Assembly: GCA_963845565.1 (NCBI GenBank)
Contig: CAWJSJ010000002.1
Span: 1,728,001-1,792,000, forward strand
DNA from: an uncultured Methylomirabilota bacterium
Lineage (GTDB): Bacteria > Methylomirabilota > Methylomirabilia > Methylomirabilales > 2-02-FULL-66-22
Direction: 5' to 3'
Length of the DNA: 64,000 nucleotides
Made by a program: the position numbers and the translations under genes. Below are positions 48,936 through 57,219 of this stretch, piece by piece (within the stretch, counting starts at the first letter, position 1; each line of letters opens with the position of its first letter). The notes below the pieces were generated by a model. It saw only the letters and a program-made list of their open reading frames with translations, searched no databases and had not been told where the DNA came from.

Positions 48936-50843
48936 TCAGCCCCGGCGGGACCGGCGGACGACCAGCCAGACTCCGACGATGGGTAGGAGCGGCATCCCAA
49001 ACCCAATCGCCGGTGACCACAATGCCAACGTCGCCCAGCCCAGGAGCGGCATCAGGGCGAACCGCACAACCGCCCGGAGGGTCTCCGAACGGCCGATGAC
49101 GCCCGCAACCCCCGGGCTCACGGCGTAGTACCAATCCACCAGCACTCGCCCTGGCCCATACGGCAGGAGATAGGTATCGCGGACCTCGCGCAGGAGCTGG
49201 ACCTGCGGTGCCAGGGGTGACCCGAACGCCGCCGTGGCGATGAAGCAGCCACCGCCCGAGGAAGCCGGTGCGGGCGCATACAGAACCGAGACAACCACAT
49301 TTGACTGCGTGCTACTCAGTACGCCATCGCTCACGACAAGTCCCACCACATAGCTTCCGGCCCAGACGGGAGTGAAGGTCGGGTTCGCCGTCGTGGGATT
49401 CCCCAGCGTCGCCGCGCTCCCCGCGGGCTGGGAGACGAAAAACCACCGGTAGGTAAGCGCTTGGCCTTGAGGATCGCTCGAGCCGCTGCCATCGAGCGTG
49501 ACCGTGGTTCCCACGGTAACCGCCTGATCCGGCCCGGCATTTGCCACCGGCGCGAGGTTTCCCGCAGCCGCGGTGACCACCACCGTATCCGGCGGGCTGT
49601 TCACCTGCCCGTCGTTGACGATCAACTGCACCGTGTAGCTGCCCGCCACATCGGCCACGAAGGTCGGCTGCACCGCCGCGACATTCGAGAGCGCCGCCAC
49701 GCTCCCCGCGGGCCGGGAGACGAACGACCAGGCGTAGGTCAGCGGATCTCCGTTGGGGTCGGTCGAGCCGCTGCCATTCAACGTGACCGTCTGCCCCACA
49801 TTGACCGCCTGATCCAGCCCGGCATTCGCCACCGGCGGGAGATTTCCCGTAGTCACCAACACCGTATCCGGCGGGCTGTTCACCTGCCCGTCGTTGACGA
49901 TCAACTGCACCGTGTAGCTGCCCGCCACATCGGCCACGAAGGTCGGCTGCACCGCCGCGACATTCGAGAGCGCCGCCACGCTCCCCGCGGGCCGGGAGAC
50001 GAACGACCAGGCGTAGGTCAGCGGATCTCCGTTGGGGTCGGTCGAGCCGCTGCCATTCAACGTGACCGTCTGCCCCACATTGACCGCCTGATCCGGCCCG
50101 GCATTCGCCACCGGCGGGAGATTCTGGGCGGGGGCCGCGGTGACCACCACCGTATCCGGCGGGCTGTTCACCTGCCCGTCGTTGACGATCAACTGCACCG
50201 TGTAGCTGCCCGCCACATCGGCCACGAAGGTCGGCTGCACCGCCGCGACATTCGAGAGCGCCGCCACGCTCCCCGCGGGCCGGGAGACGAACGACCAGGC
50301 GTAGGTCAGCGGATCTCCGTTGGGGTCGGTCGAGCCGCTGCCGTTCAGAATGGCCGTCTGCCCCACATTGACCGCCTGATCCGGCCCGGCATTTGCCACC
50401 GGGGGGGTGTTACCCGGGCCTGCCGGGTCCAGGGGCAGCGTCGGCACGGGGGGCGGCAGCGTGGTCACGCCGTTGTTGTTGCAGCCGGCGGTGGTTGCGA
50501 CACACCAACCGGGCTGGGTGCCGCCTTGGATCTCCGCGAGGTTGGTGCCGCCCACACCATCGGAGTCGAGGCCTTCGACTGCGATGAGATTCGAGGTGAT
50601 ATCGCCGGTGGCCGCCCCGCCGCCCAACGCATCGAGATCAACCCCGTAGCGGTTGAAGGACGACGCGTTGTTGCTCGCTGCGTGGCACAGTTTGCACGAC
50701 GCAGCCTCGGTGCCGGTGTTGCCGTACCGCACCGTGAATTGCGTCAGGTACTCCGACAAGGCGTGCGCCGTCCCTGCGGACAGCGCCAGTGCCAACAAGA
50801 AGGAAATGGCCGCGGCAGATACCGTTCGCGTCGTTGCCCTCAT
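48936..50843 (-). CDS. Secreted single-CxxCH protein with 4 PKD-like repeats and a CFI-box-CTERM domain
   Basis: Same head as 43782-46850, four PVANAG.DQ repeats, GGGCFIATAAFGS..LREVRD..YY..SP plus C-terminal TM and basic tail. Confidence 0.9.
   Translation of the reverse strand: MRATTRTVSAAAISFLLALALSAGTAHALSEYLTQFTVRYGNTGTEAASCKLCHAASNNASSFNRYGVDLDALGGGAATGDITSNLIAVEGLDSDGVGGTNLAEIQGGTQPGWCVATTAGCNNNGVTTLPPPVPTLPLDPAGPGNTPPVANAGPDQAVNVGQTAILNGSGSTDPNGDPLTYAWSFVSRPAGSVAALSNVAAVQPTFVADVAGSYTVQLIVNDGQVNSPPDTVVVTAAPAQNLPPVANAGPDQAVNVGQTVTLNGSGSTDPNGDPLTYAWSFVSRPAGSVAALSNVAAVQPTFVADVAGSYTVQLIVNDGQVNSPPDTVLVTTGNLPPVANAGLDQAVNVGQTVTLNGSGSTDPNGDPLTYAWSFVSRPAGSVAALSNVAAVQPTFVADVAGSYTVQLIVNDGQVNSPPDTVVVTAAAGNLAPVANAGPDQAVTVGTTVTLDGSGSSDPQGQALTYRWFFVSQPAGSAATLGNPTTANPTFTPVWAGSYVVGLVVSDGVLSSTQSNVVVSVLYAPAPASSGGGCFIATAAFGSPLAPQVQLLREVRDTYLLPYGPGRVLVDWYYAVSPGVAGVIGRSETLRAVVRFALMPLLGWATLALWSPAIGFGMPLLPIVGVWLVVRRSRRG
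49575..50400. repeat. Three near-identical intragenic PKD repeats (periods 279 and 288 nt)
   Basis: CACCGTATCCGGCGGGCTGTTCACC... recurs at 49581, 49860 and 50148. Confidence 0.92.
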
Positions 50844-51211
50844 CTCAATCCCCCCCCGTCACGGTCTTCAGAAAACAACCGATCCGCGGCCATGCCGCTC
50901 ATATGCATATCAACGAAACCGACCGGAACATCCCGACTGGTTTTGTTTTCGCGTCGATCGGGGGAAAACCAAGGAGTGTTGGGACCGTTGACACTTGCGA
51001 GAAGAACGTTTTGGCATGGTCCGGCGATCGGGTTGATCTACCGACTTCCGGAGTGGATGCGCCGTCCCATTCTCACGCAACCTCAAAAAGATTAATGTGC
51101 CAAGAACCGCCGCGCAAGAAGGTTTTATCTTTGACGCCTCGGAAGCAATTAGGGTACGAGGTACCGATGATCACGGATCCGCAGGACCTGGTGAAAACGA
51201 AAAGTGATAAT

Positions 51212-51228
51212 AGCAATCTCCATGCCTT
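51212..51228 (-). promoter_or_regulatory. Sigma-54 promoter (-24/-12)
   Basis: GGCATGGAGATTGC, conserved with 47277-47293. Confidence 0.75.
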
Positions 51229-51289
51229 CACGGATCACTTCTAATCGATTCGGAGGTCGAAGCAGGAAGTCTACCGGATTCAATGAGGT

Positions 51290-51340
51290 TGGTGTGGCGT
51301 CAACCAGGTGAACTGACGGGTCAGTCTGGTGGCCACACTA
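51290..51340. promoter_or_regulatory. Candidate enhancer (UAS) palindrome
   Basis: TGGTGTGGC...ACTGACGGGTCAGT...GCCACACTA. Confidence 0.55.
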
Positions 51341-51526
51341 CGAGGTTAGGAGCAGGTCTTACGTGGAGTGTGTAATATTTACAGGTCGGGCAGGATCTGA
51401 GAGCTGCTCGCGCGTGTACAGCAGTAATGATCGGGTCGCGCACGTCATGCGTGGGCAGGCGGGCGCGTCAGCGACCGAGGCGTCTGCTGTTCGGCTCTCG
51501 ATCCTTCGCGCGGGCGCTGGTCCGGA

Positions 51527-53320
51527 CTATCGGGCGGGCCTGCTGGCCTTGTTCCTGGCCGGAACTTTGGGCAACGCTGCCAGCGTGGCGTGGACCGTAG
51601 CCAGGGCATTGCTCAGGTGGTAACACATCTTGTTTCGTTGGCGGACCAGACCGACGACGAGTTGCTTTGCCTCGCTGCTCTTGGCGGGGATGACGCCCAA
51701 GCGGCGCATCGGCTCCAGGCCGGGGAACGGCGGGACTGGCAGCGTCGTGTCGTGGTCGAACGGGCCGGAGCGGCAGTAGTTGATCGGGATCATTTGCCGA
51801 CCGAGGGCCATCAGGCACACGTTGGCCAGTTCGGCTGCGGTCGGGGGCAGGGTCTGCGAGCGAATCGCGCGCTCGAGTCGCGCGACCGCCTTGCCGAGGT
51901 CGCCCAGCAAGCCGAAGACCGGCGTGAGATCGAAGCGGCCCTTCGCCTCTCTCGCGTACTGGGTCAGGATCGCCCGGGCTTCGGCCACCGCCGCGCGGTA
52001 GTCCAGCGGCAGAATGGGGTCTTCCAGCGCGCGCTGCGCGGCCAGCACATAGATCTGCGCGTCGCGCACCAGGTGGGCCGGGTCCAGCTTGTCCAGCGTG
52101 TCGGCCGGGGTGTGCCACCACCAGCCCAGACCGCCGCTCCGCGTCGCGCCGCCCATGAGCTGGGCGTAGGCCCGGGCGCCGTCGGAGTCGTCCGCCGGCT
52201 GTTCCGAGGGGCTCATGAAGAGCGAGGGGACGCCGTGGCCCCAGAAGGACTGGTCCGCCGCCCGCGGGGGCCGGACGCCCGACAGGCGCTGCCCCGCGAT
52301 CTTCTCCACGACGTCCGAGCCGAGGTCGCGCGCCTCGGCCATGGCGATGGCCTCGGTCATCAGCGTCGCGCCCTTGGCGCCCACGCAATCCACATTCACG
52401 TGGAGCACGCAGTGCTGATGAAGGTCCCGCCAGCAATGGTCCGCGTACCAGGCGGAGCCGCCGTACCGGGCGTGGGAATGGCCCGACCAGAAGGCGAGGC
52501 GCAAGTCGCGCCGCAGGTGCTTCTTTCTGGCGGCGAAGATGCGACCGACCTCCATCTGCGTGGCGTTGCCCGCCCCGTTGTCCATCGCCCCGTAATGCCA
52601 GGAGTCCACGTGGCCGCTCATGAGGACGAAGTCGCCGTTTCCCCGGGGCGCACGCAGATGTGCGATGAGGAGCGGGAGGGTGCGCCAGCGCGTGTCCACC
52701 TGGGTGCGGAGGCGAACGCGAACGGGACCCCGGCCCAGCGCCGCACGGAGGAGGCGGCCACCCTCGCGATTGATGGAGACCATGGGGGTCCTGGGGAGTA
52801 GGCCGGCGTTCTCGGGCGAGGGGGAGCCCCAGACGATGGAGGTGATCATCTCGTGCATCTGGTCGCCGCAGGCGTGAATCTGTGCCGCCGCTCCCGCCTG
52901 CTCGACCCGAAAGACCTTGCCCGGCATCGCGTGACCGTCGCACAGGGCCGCCCGGCCGGCAATGGGGAGGCCCGCCAACGTCGCGGGATCGGCCCGGCCG
53001 ACGTCCACCAATTCCAGCGCGACACCTTCGGGTGGTGTGGAGGCGGCCATGGAGTGCGTGATGCACGGAATGCTTGCAGGTGCGTCCCCCAGCAGCTCCA
53101 GGAGCGCTGCCACCGGCCAGCTCGTCCAGCACTCCGGCCGATGCGCCTCGATCTCGAACCCCCAGCCGCTCAATGTGCGAGCGATGTACCGGAACGCGGT
53201 ACGCTCTTCGGCCGATCCCGACAAGCGCACCCGGCGGGTGACGTGAATGAGAAAGTCCTCGAGGCGTTCCGCCGAGACCTGGTTGGCCAGGGCCCGTTCT
53301 GCCGCCGTCAGCTTTGCCAT
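51527..53320 (-). CDS. M28 family peptidase with PA-like insert
   Basis: GHVDSWHYGAMDNG, WSGHS, NVDC, ADQSF, WWHTPADT. Confidence 0.85.
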   Translation of the reverse strand: MAKLTAAERALANQVSAERLEDFLIHVTRRVRLSGSAEERTAFRYIARTLSGWGFEIEAHRPECWTSWPVAALLELLGDAPASIPCITHSMAASTPPEGVALELVDVGRADPATLAGLPIAGRAALCDGHAMPGKVFRVEQAGAAAQIHACGDQMHEMITSIVWGSPSPENAGLLPRTPMVSINREGGRLLRAALGRGPVRVRLRTQVDTRWRTLPLLIAHLRAPRGNGDFVLMSGHVDSWHYGAMDNGAGNATQMEVGRIFAARKKHLRRDLRLAFWSGHSHARYGGSAWYADHCWRDLHQHCVLHVNVDCVGAKGATLMTEAIAMAEARDLGSDVVEKIAGQRLSGVRPPRAADQSFWGHGVPSLFMSPSEQPADDSDGARAYAQLMGGATRSGGLGWWWHTPADTLDKLDPAHLVRDAQIYVLAAQRALEDPILPLDYRAAVAEARAILTQYAREAKGRFDLTPVFGLLGDLGKAVARLERAIRSQTLPPTAAELANVCLMALGRQMIPINYCRSGPFDHDTTLPVPPFPGLEPMRRLGVIPAKSSEAKQLVVGLVRQRNKMCYHLSNALATVHATLAALPKVPARNKASRPAR

Positions 53321-53549
53321 GATGTCTCCTCGCGCCGATCGTTGCGGGTGTCTCGTCGGCTGAGATGATCGCTCTGCGCCCGGCGGATTTCAACCCCGTT
53401 TTCTTGAAGCGCCGAGGCGCCGCGGGAAAGTTGTCCCACAAACTGGACAGGGGGGCCCCGAAGACGTGGCAACAGGGAGCGGGTTGGACTATACTCAGAG
53501 CGGCGTCAATCCGACCGAGCGTGCATCGGTCTTCACAGGAGGAGTACCC

Positions 53550-55826
53550 ATGGCAAGCACCGCCAAGATTGCAACCCAGGAACAGATCGAGGCCCTCGTG
53601 GCTGCCAGCCGACCCGAGCGGTTATCGGACCCCGGCAAGCGGCCGATCACGGGCGATCACGCCGCCAACGTGGTGCAGCTCACCACTTGGGGGCAGACCG
53701 CGCTGGCGGCCGACCACTTGCTGTTCCCCGAGCTGAACGGGTGCCTGCCGGGCATCGTGGCGGGGGTGATCCGGCAGCTGAACATCCGGTTCGTCGGGGC
53801 CGGCCTGCACGCGGGCGATTCGCCGGCGGAGGTCGCGCGCAAGATTCGCGATCGCCAGTACGCCTACGAAACCCTGCTCGAGACGACCATCAACTTCTGC
53901 GGACTGGAAAGCCGGTGGTTGGATGCCGCCGAGCGCTGCCAGGCGGTGGGGAGCATTCGAGGCGCCCTGGCCGAGTGGGAGGCCCGCGAGGCGGCGGAGG
54001 GGCAGGGCTCGGTGGCCGTTGCCGTCGTGCGCCGGTTTCTGGATCGGATGAAGCTGGTCCAGAAGGGAATCAGCATGGCCGCCAAGGCAGCGCTCCGGAT
54101 CGAGCAGGCGCTGGACTTCGGCAAGCCCATTCTTCTGCCGTTCCTGGACAAGGTCCACGCCGAGATCGAGGCGAACATCTACACTCGGATGGTGCGGGAA
54201 GGCCGCTGCCGCTTCGGGAACGACTACGCGCTGGGCCTCCGCTGGCTGCGTCACCTGGGGTTCGAGCAGGTGTCCACCAACCCGGTCCTGGCGGCCCTGG
54301 CCTATTCCGACGATCCGTCGCTGGCGCAGGCCCTCAACGACGAAGTGAAGTTTCACCCCAAGTTCGCCGCCTGGAAGGCCGCGCCGGAGAAATTCGGCGA
54401 CGAGATCGCGCTCTATGCGACGCTGCTGGCCCTGTGGGACAACCTGCACGTCTACCGGCCGATCTTCTTCAACCTGGCCGGCACCTCCGGCGGCGGCGTG
54501 GTCTCCTTCCAGTTGAACCCGAATATCGCCCACCTGGTGCAGGAGAGCGTTCGGGACGTCTTCGCCGCCTTTGCCGAGGCGACGGAGGATCTGCGCCTCT
54601 ATGATGACTACCTCCTGGCGGGCTATCCGGCCACGCGCGAGCGGTCCCGACCCAACGTGGTGATCAAGGTCGCGGCGTCGTCACCCGCCGCCCGCGAGAT
54701 CGCCCGGACCATCAACTCCTTCGGATTCGGCTCCAACATCACCGTCATCTACACGGTGGGCCAGGAAGTCACCATGGTTCTGGAGGAGTTGGCCGGCATG
54801 GCGGCCGCCATCAAGAAGGGGATCGTGCCCACCCAGCTCTACATGACCAACATGGGCGGCCGGTTCGAGAGCCACCTGCGGGAAGCGAAACTGGAAAGCC
54901 TCTTCGGTGAGCTGAAGGAGCTGGTCGGAGAGGCCAAGGCGCTGGCGAAGGTGAACCAGCTCGCTGCCGCGAACGGGACCAAGGCGAAGGTGGACGAGGC
55001 GAAGGGGTACGAGGCCAAGGTCGTGGCAGCCACGCGGTTCGCCAGCCAGCGGACGATCGACGCGAATGTCGCCGCAGCCCTGGCGGACGTCGCCTCCGCC
55101 GATGCCCTGAAGACCTGGGAGGACGCGATCGGCAAATCGGGCACGCTGGTAGCCCGGCGCGCCTGGGGCATCTTCTGGTCCGAGGGGAACCGGGGCAAGT
55201 GGGTCGAGTATCTTGCCAAGAAGCACCAGATCAGCAAGGAGCAGGCGGCCTTGATCCTGAGCCGCGTCAACTACCTGCCGGCCTCCAAGCGGAAGCCGCA
55301 GGACACCTACTGGACGCTGACCGGGTTCAACATGGTGCACACCGAGTTCCCGAACCACCAGGAGAACGTGCGCAAGATGGCGGAGGAACCGGGCTTCAAG
55401 CTGGCGGACTACGTCGAGTCGATCACGCAGCCGTTCCCCGCCGAGGTCGTCAAGCGACTCACCACGATTCCGGATTTCCGGCTGGGCTACGAGTTGAACG
55501 GGGAGCTCAGCCAGCTCTTGCGCCAGGTGGGAATCGACGGCGACTTCGGGATTGGAGGCCACACGCCCGAGCAGTGGCCCGAGTTCGGTTCGGTCCAGAA
55601 GACGCTGACGGAATTCAAGGCAGCCTATGACAAGTTCCGGGGCGACATGCTGTCGCTCTTCAATGCGGCGGCGGGGCCGGCGGCGAAGGTCGCCAAGCCC
55701 ACGGCTGCAAAGAAGGCTGCCGCGAAGGCGGTGACCGCGAAGAAGGCGGCGGCCAAGCCGTCGGCGAAGAAAGTCGTGAAGAAGGCGCCCAGGGCGGCGG
55801 CCACCAAGCGTGGGGCGCGCCGCTAG
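53550..55826 (+). CDS. Large transaldolase-family protein with N-terminal extension and Lys/Ala-rich tail
   Basis: FGNDY, VSTNP, VSFQLNP, PNVVIKV, NITV, MGGR. Confidence 0.75.
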   Translation: MASTAKIATQEQIEALVAASRPERLSDPGKRPITGDHAANVVQLTTWGQTALAADHLLFPELNGCLPGIVAGVIRQLNIRFVGAGLHAGDSPAEVARKIRDRQYAYETLLETTINFCGLESRWLDAAERCQAVGSIRGALAEWEAREAAEGQGSVAVAVVRRFLDRMKLVQKGISMAAKAALRIEQALDFGKPILLPFLDKVHAEIEANIYTRMVREGRCRFGNDYALGLRWLRHLGFEQVSTNPVLAALAYSDDPSLAQALNDEVKFHPKFAAWKAAPEKFGDEIALYATLLALWDNLHVYRPIFFNLAGTSGGGVVSFQLNPNIAHLVQESVRDVFAAFAEATEDLRLYDDYLLAGYPATRERSRPNVVIKVAASSPAAREIARTINSFGFGSNITVIYTVGQEVTMVLEELAGMAAAIKKGIVPTQLYMTNMGGRFESHLREAKLESLFGELKELVGEAKALAKVNQLAAANGTKAKVDEAKGYEAKVVAATRFASQRTIDANVAAALADVASADALKTWEDAIGKSGTLVARRAWGIFWSEGNRGKWVEYLAKKHQISKEQAALILSRVNYLPASKRKPQDTYWTLTGFNMVHTEFPNHQENVRKMAEEPGFKLADYVESITQPFPAEVVKRLTTIPDFRLGYELNGELSQLLRQVGIDGDFGIGGHTPEQWPEFGSVQKTLTEFKAAYDKFRGDMLSLFNAAAGPAAKVAKPTAAKKAAAKAVTAKKAAAKPSAKKVVKKAPRAAATKRGARR

Positions 55827-55863
55827 TCGCTCTTACCCGCACGTTCTCAGAGGAGGGATGACC

Positions 55864-55935
55864 ATGGCCTGTGGATGTGGAACCAAGAAGGCGCCCAAGA
55901 CCAAGGCGAGCCCGAAGCCGGCCAAGAAGAAGTAG
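55864..55935 (+). CDS. Small Cys/Lys-rich peptide MACGCGTKKAPKTKASPKPAKKK
   Basis: Strong RBS AGAGGAGGG, host-like codons, followed by a terminator. Confidence 0.6.
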   Translation: MACGCGTKKAPKTKASPKPAKKK

Positions 55936-55953
55936 CGCGCGGACGCGACAGGA

Positions 55954-55994
55954 CGAAGCCCTCTCGGGCGCTACCGAGGGGGCTTCGTGTTTTT
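55954..55994 (+). terminator. Intrinsic terminator
   Basis: CGAAGCCCTCTCGG...CCGAGGGGGCTTCG followed by TGTTTTT. Confidence 0.8.
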
Positions 55995-56094
55995 GGCCTC
56001 AAGAGCATCCAGAGTTGTGCCGATAGATGAAGTGATGCGACGCGCGACGGGGCCGCGGCCGTCCGCCCCGTACACCGCTGACGGAGGCATTGCC

Positions 56095-56229
56095 ATGCTG
56101 GATCTCTTGTATCTCTTTCTGGCGTCCCTGCCCATCGCGACCGGTCTCGCCTTCGTCCTGGTGGCGTTCCGGGAGCGACGGCGCGCCCAGGCCGTCCCGG
56201 TGCGGCCTGCCGCACCAGAGAGGCGGTAA
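56095..56229 (+). CDS. Small single-TM peptide (44 aa)
   Basis: GGAGG RBS. MLDLLYLFLASLPIATGLAFVLVAF followed by RERRR (positive-inside). Confidence 0.55.
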   Translation: MLDLLYLFLASLPIATGLAFVLVAFRERRRAQAVPVRPAAPERR

Positions 56230-56424
56230 TCCTCGGCACCGTCAAGACCGCGCTCGCCCTCAAACCCATGGCCCCAATTGTCGGAGTCCGGTAGCGTCGC
56301 CCCCGCTTGCCGATCCTGTTCCCCCGACCGCGAGATCGCAAAACGCACGGGCACGCCGCGTCACCCGTCGCTGCTGCGATCCGGCGCACCCGGTCCGGAG
56401 AGCCATGCCATCGATTCTCGGCCG

Positions 56425-56453
56425 TTGACAGCCACGGACGCGCCAGCTATGGT
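56425..56453 (+). promoter_or_regulatory. Putative sigma-70 promoter of the PTS-IIA/ehr operon
   Basis: TTGACA-17 nt-TATGGT. Confidence 0.6.
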
Positions 56454-56508
56454 GTCGCCGTTTGTCGTGTGATGCGGACGGGTGATGACCGGTCCGGTGG
56501 GGAGAGCC

Positions 56509-57213
56509 ATGCAGCTTACCGTGCGAGACGTCGCGAGTCTCCTGAAGGTGTCCGAGCGGACGATCTATCGGTGGATCAAGGAGGGGACCATCCCCGCCTA
56601 CAAGATCAGCGAGCAGTACCGGTTTCACCGGGCCGAGATCCTGGAGTGGGCGACGGCGCGCCGGATCGGCGTGTCGGTGGACATCTTCGAGGAGGCCGAC
56701 GACGCCACGGCTCGTCCGCCCGTCCTCAGCGAGGCCTTGCAGGCAGGCGGGATCGTGTACCGATTGGGCGGAGCCGACAAAGAGTCGGCGTTACGCGCCG
56801 CGGTGGACGCGATGCGCCTGCCCGAAGAGGTGGACCGGGAACAGTTGCTCCGTGTGCTCGTGGCGCGCGAGGCGATGGCCTCGACGGCCATCGGGGATGG
56901 CATCGCTATCCCGCACGTGCGTAACCCCATCGTGCTGCATGTCCCACGCTCCATGGTCACGCTCTGCTTCCTCGAAAAGCCGATCGACTTCGGGGCGCTG
57001 GACGGGCAGCCGGTTCACTGTTTGTTCACCATGGTGAGCCCGACGGTGCGATCCCACCTGCATCTGCTCTCCCGGCTGGCCTTCGCGCTCCGGGACCCGG
57101 GGTTCCAGGGGGCGATCCGGCGTCAGGGGCTGCGTGACGAGATCCTGACGGAGCTCCGCCGGGTGGAGTTCGGCCTGAACGCCGCGCGGACGACCGGCCC
57201 GGCGGGCGAGTAA
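56509..57213 (+). CDS. Excisionase-type HTH fused to a PTS EIIA(Ntr/Fru-like) domain
   Basis: LTVRDVASLLKVSERTIYRW; RE..STAIGDGIAIPH; DFGALDGQPV. Confidence 0.9.
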   Translation: MQLTVRDVASLLKVSERTIYRWIKEGTIPAYKISEQYRFHRAEILEWATARRIGVSVDIFEEADDATARPPVLSEALQAGGIVYRLGGADKESALRAAVDAMRLPEEVDREQLLRVLVAREAMASTAIGDGIAIPHVRNPIVLHVPRSMVTLCFLEKPIDFGALDGQPVHCLFTMVSPTVRSHLHLLSRLAFALRDPGFQGAIRRQGLRDEILTELRRVEFGLNAARTTGPAGE

Positions 57214-57219
57214 TCCTCG

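Noticed and set aside
43800..50400. CRISPR array from the repeated sequences
   Set aside because: The repeats are ~280-300-nt coding domains without unique spacers, and no cas genes are present.
46430..50780. Diversity-generating retroelement (TR/VR pair) between the duplicated heads
   Set aside because: Differences are not adenine-specific, both copies are coding with signal peptides, and there is no reverse transcriptase in the window.
43782..50843. Multiheme nanowire cytochromes
   Set aside because: Each protein has only one CxxCH, so there is no heme chain along the stalk.
50845..51200. c-di-GMP riboswitch in the long leader
   Set aside because: No clear GGCAAA/GACGCAAA-type architecture is visible, and the leader is not conserved between the duplicates.
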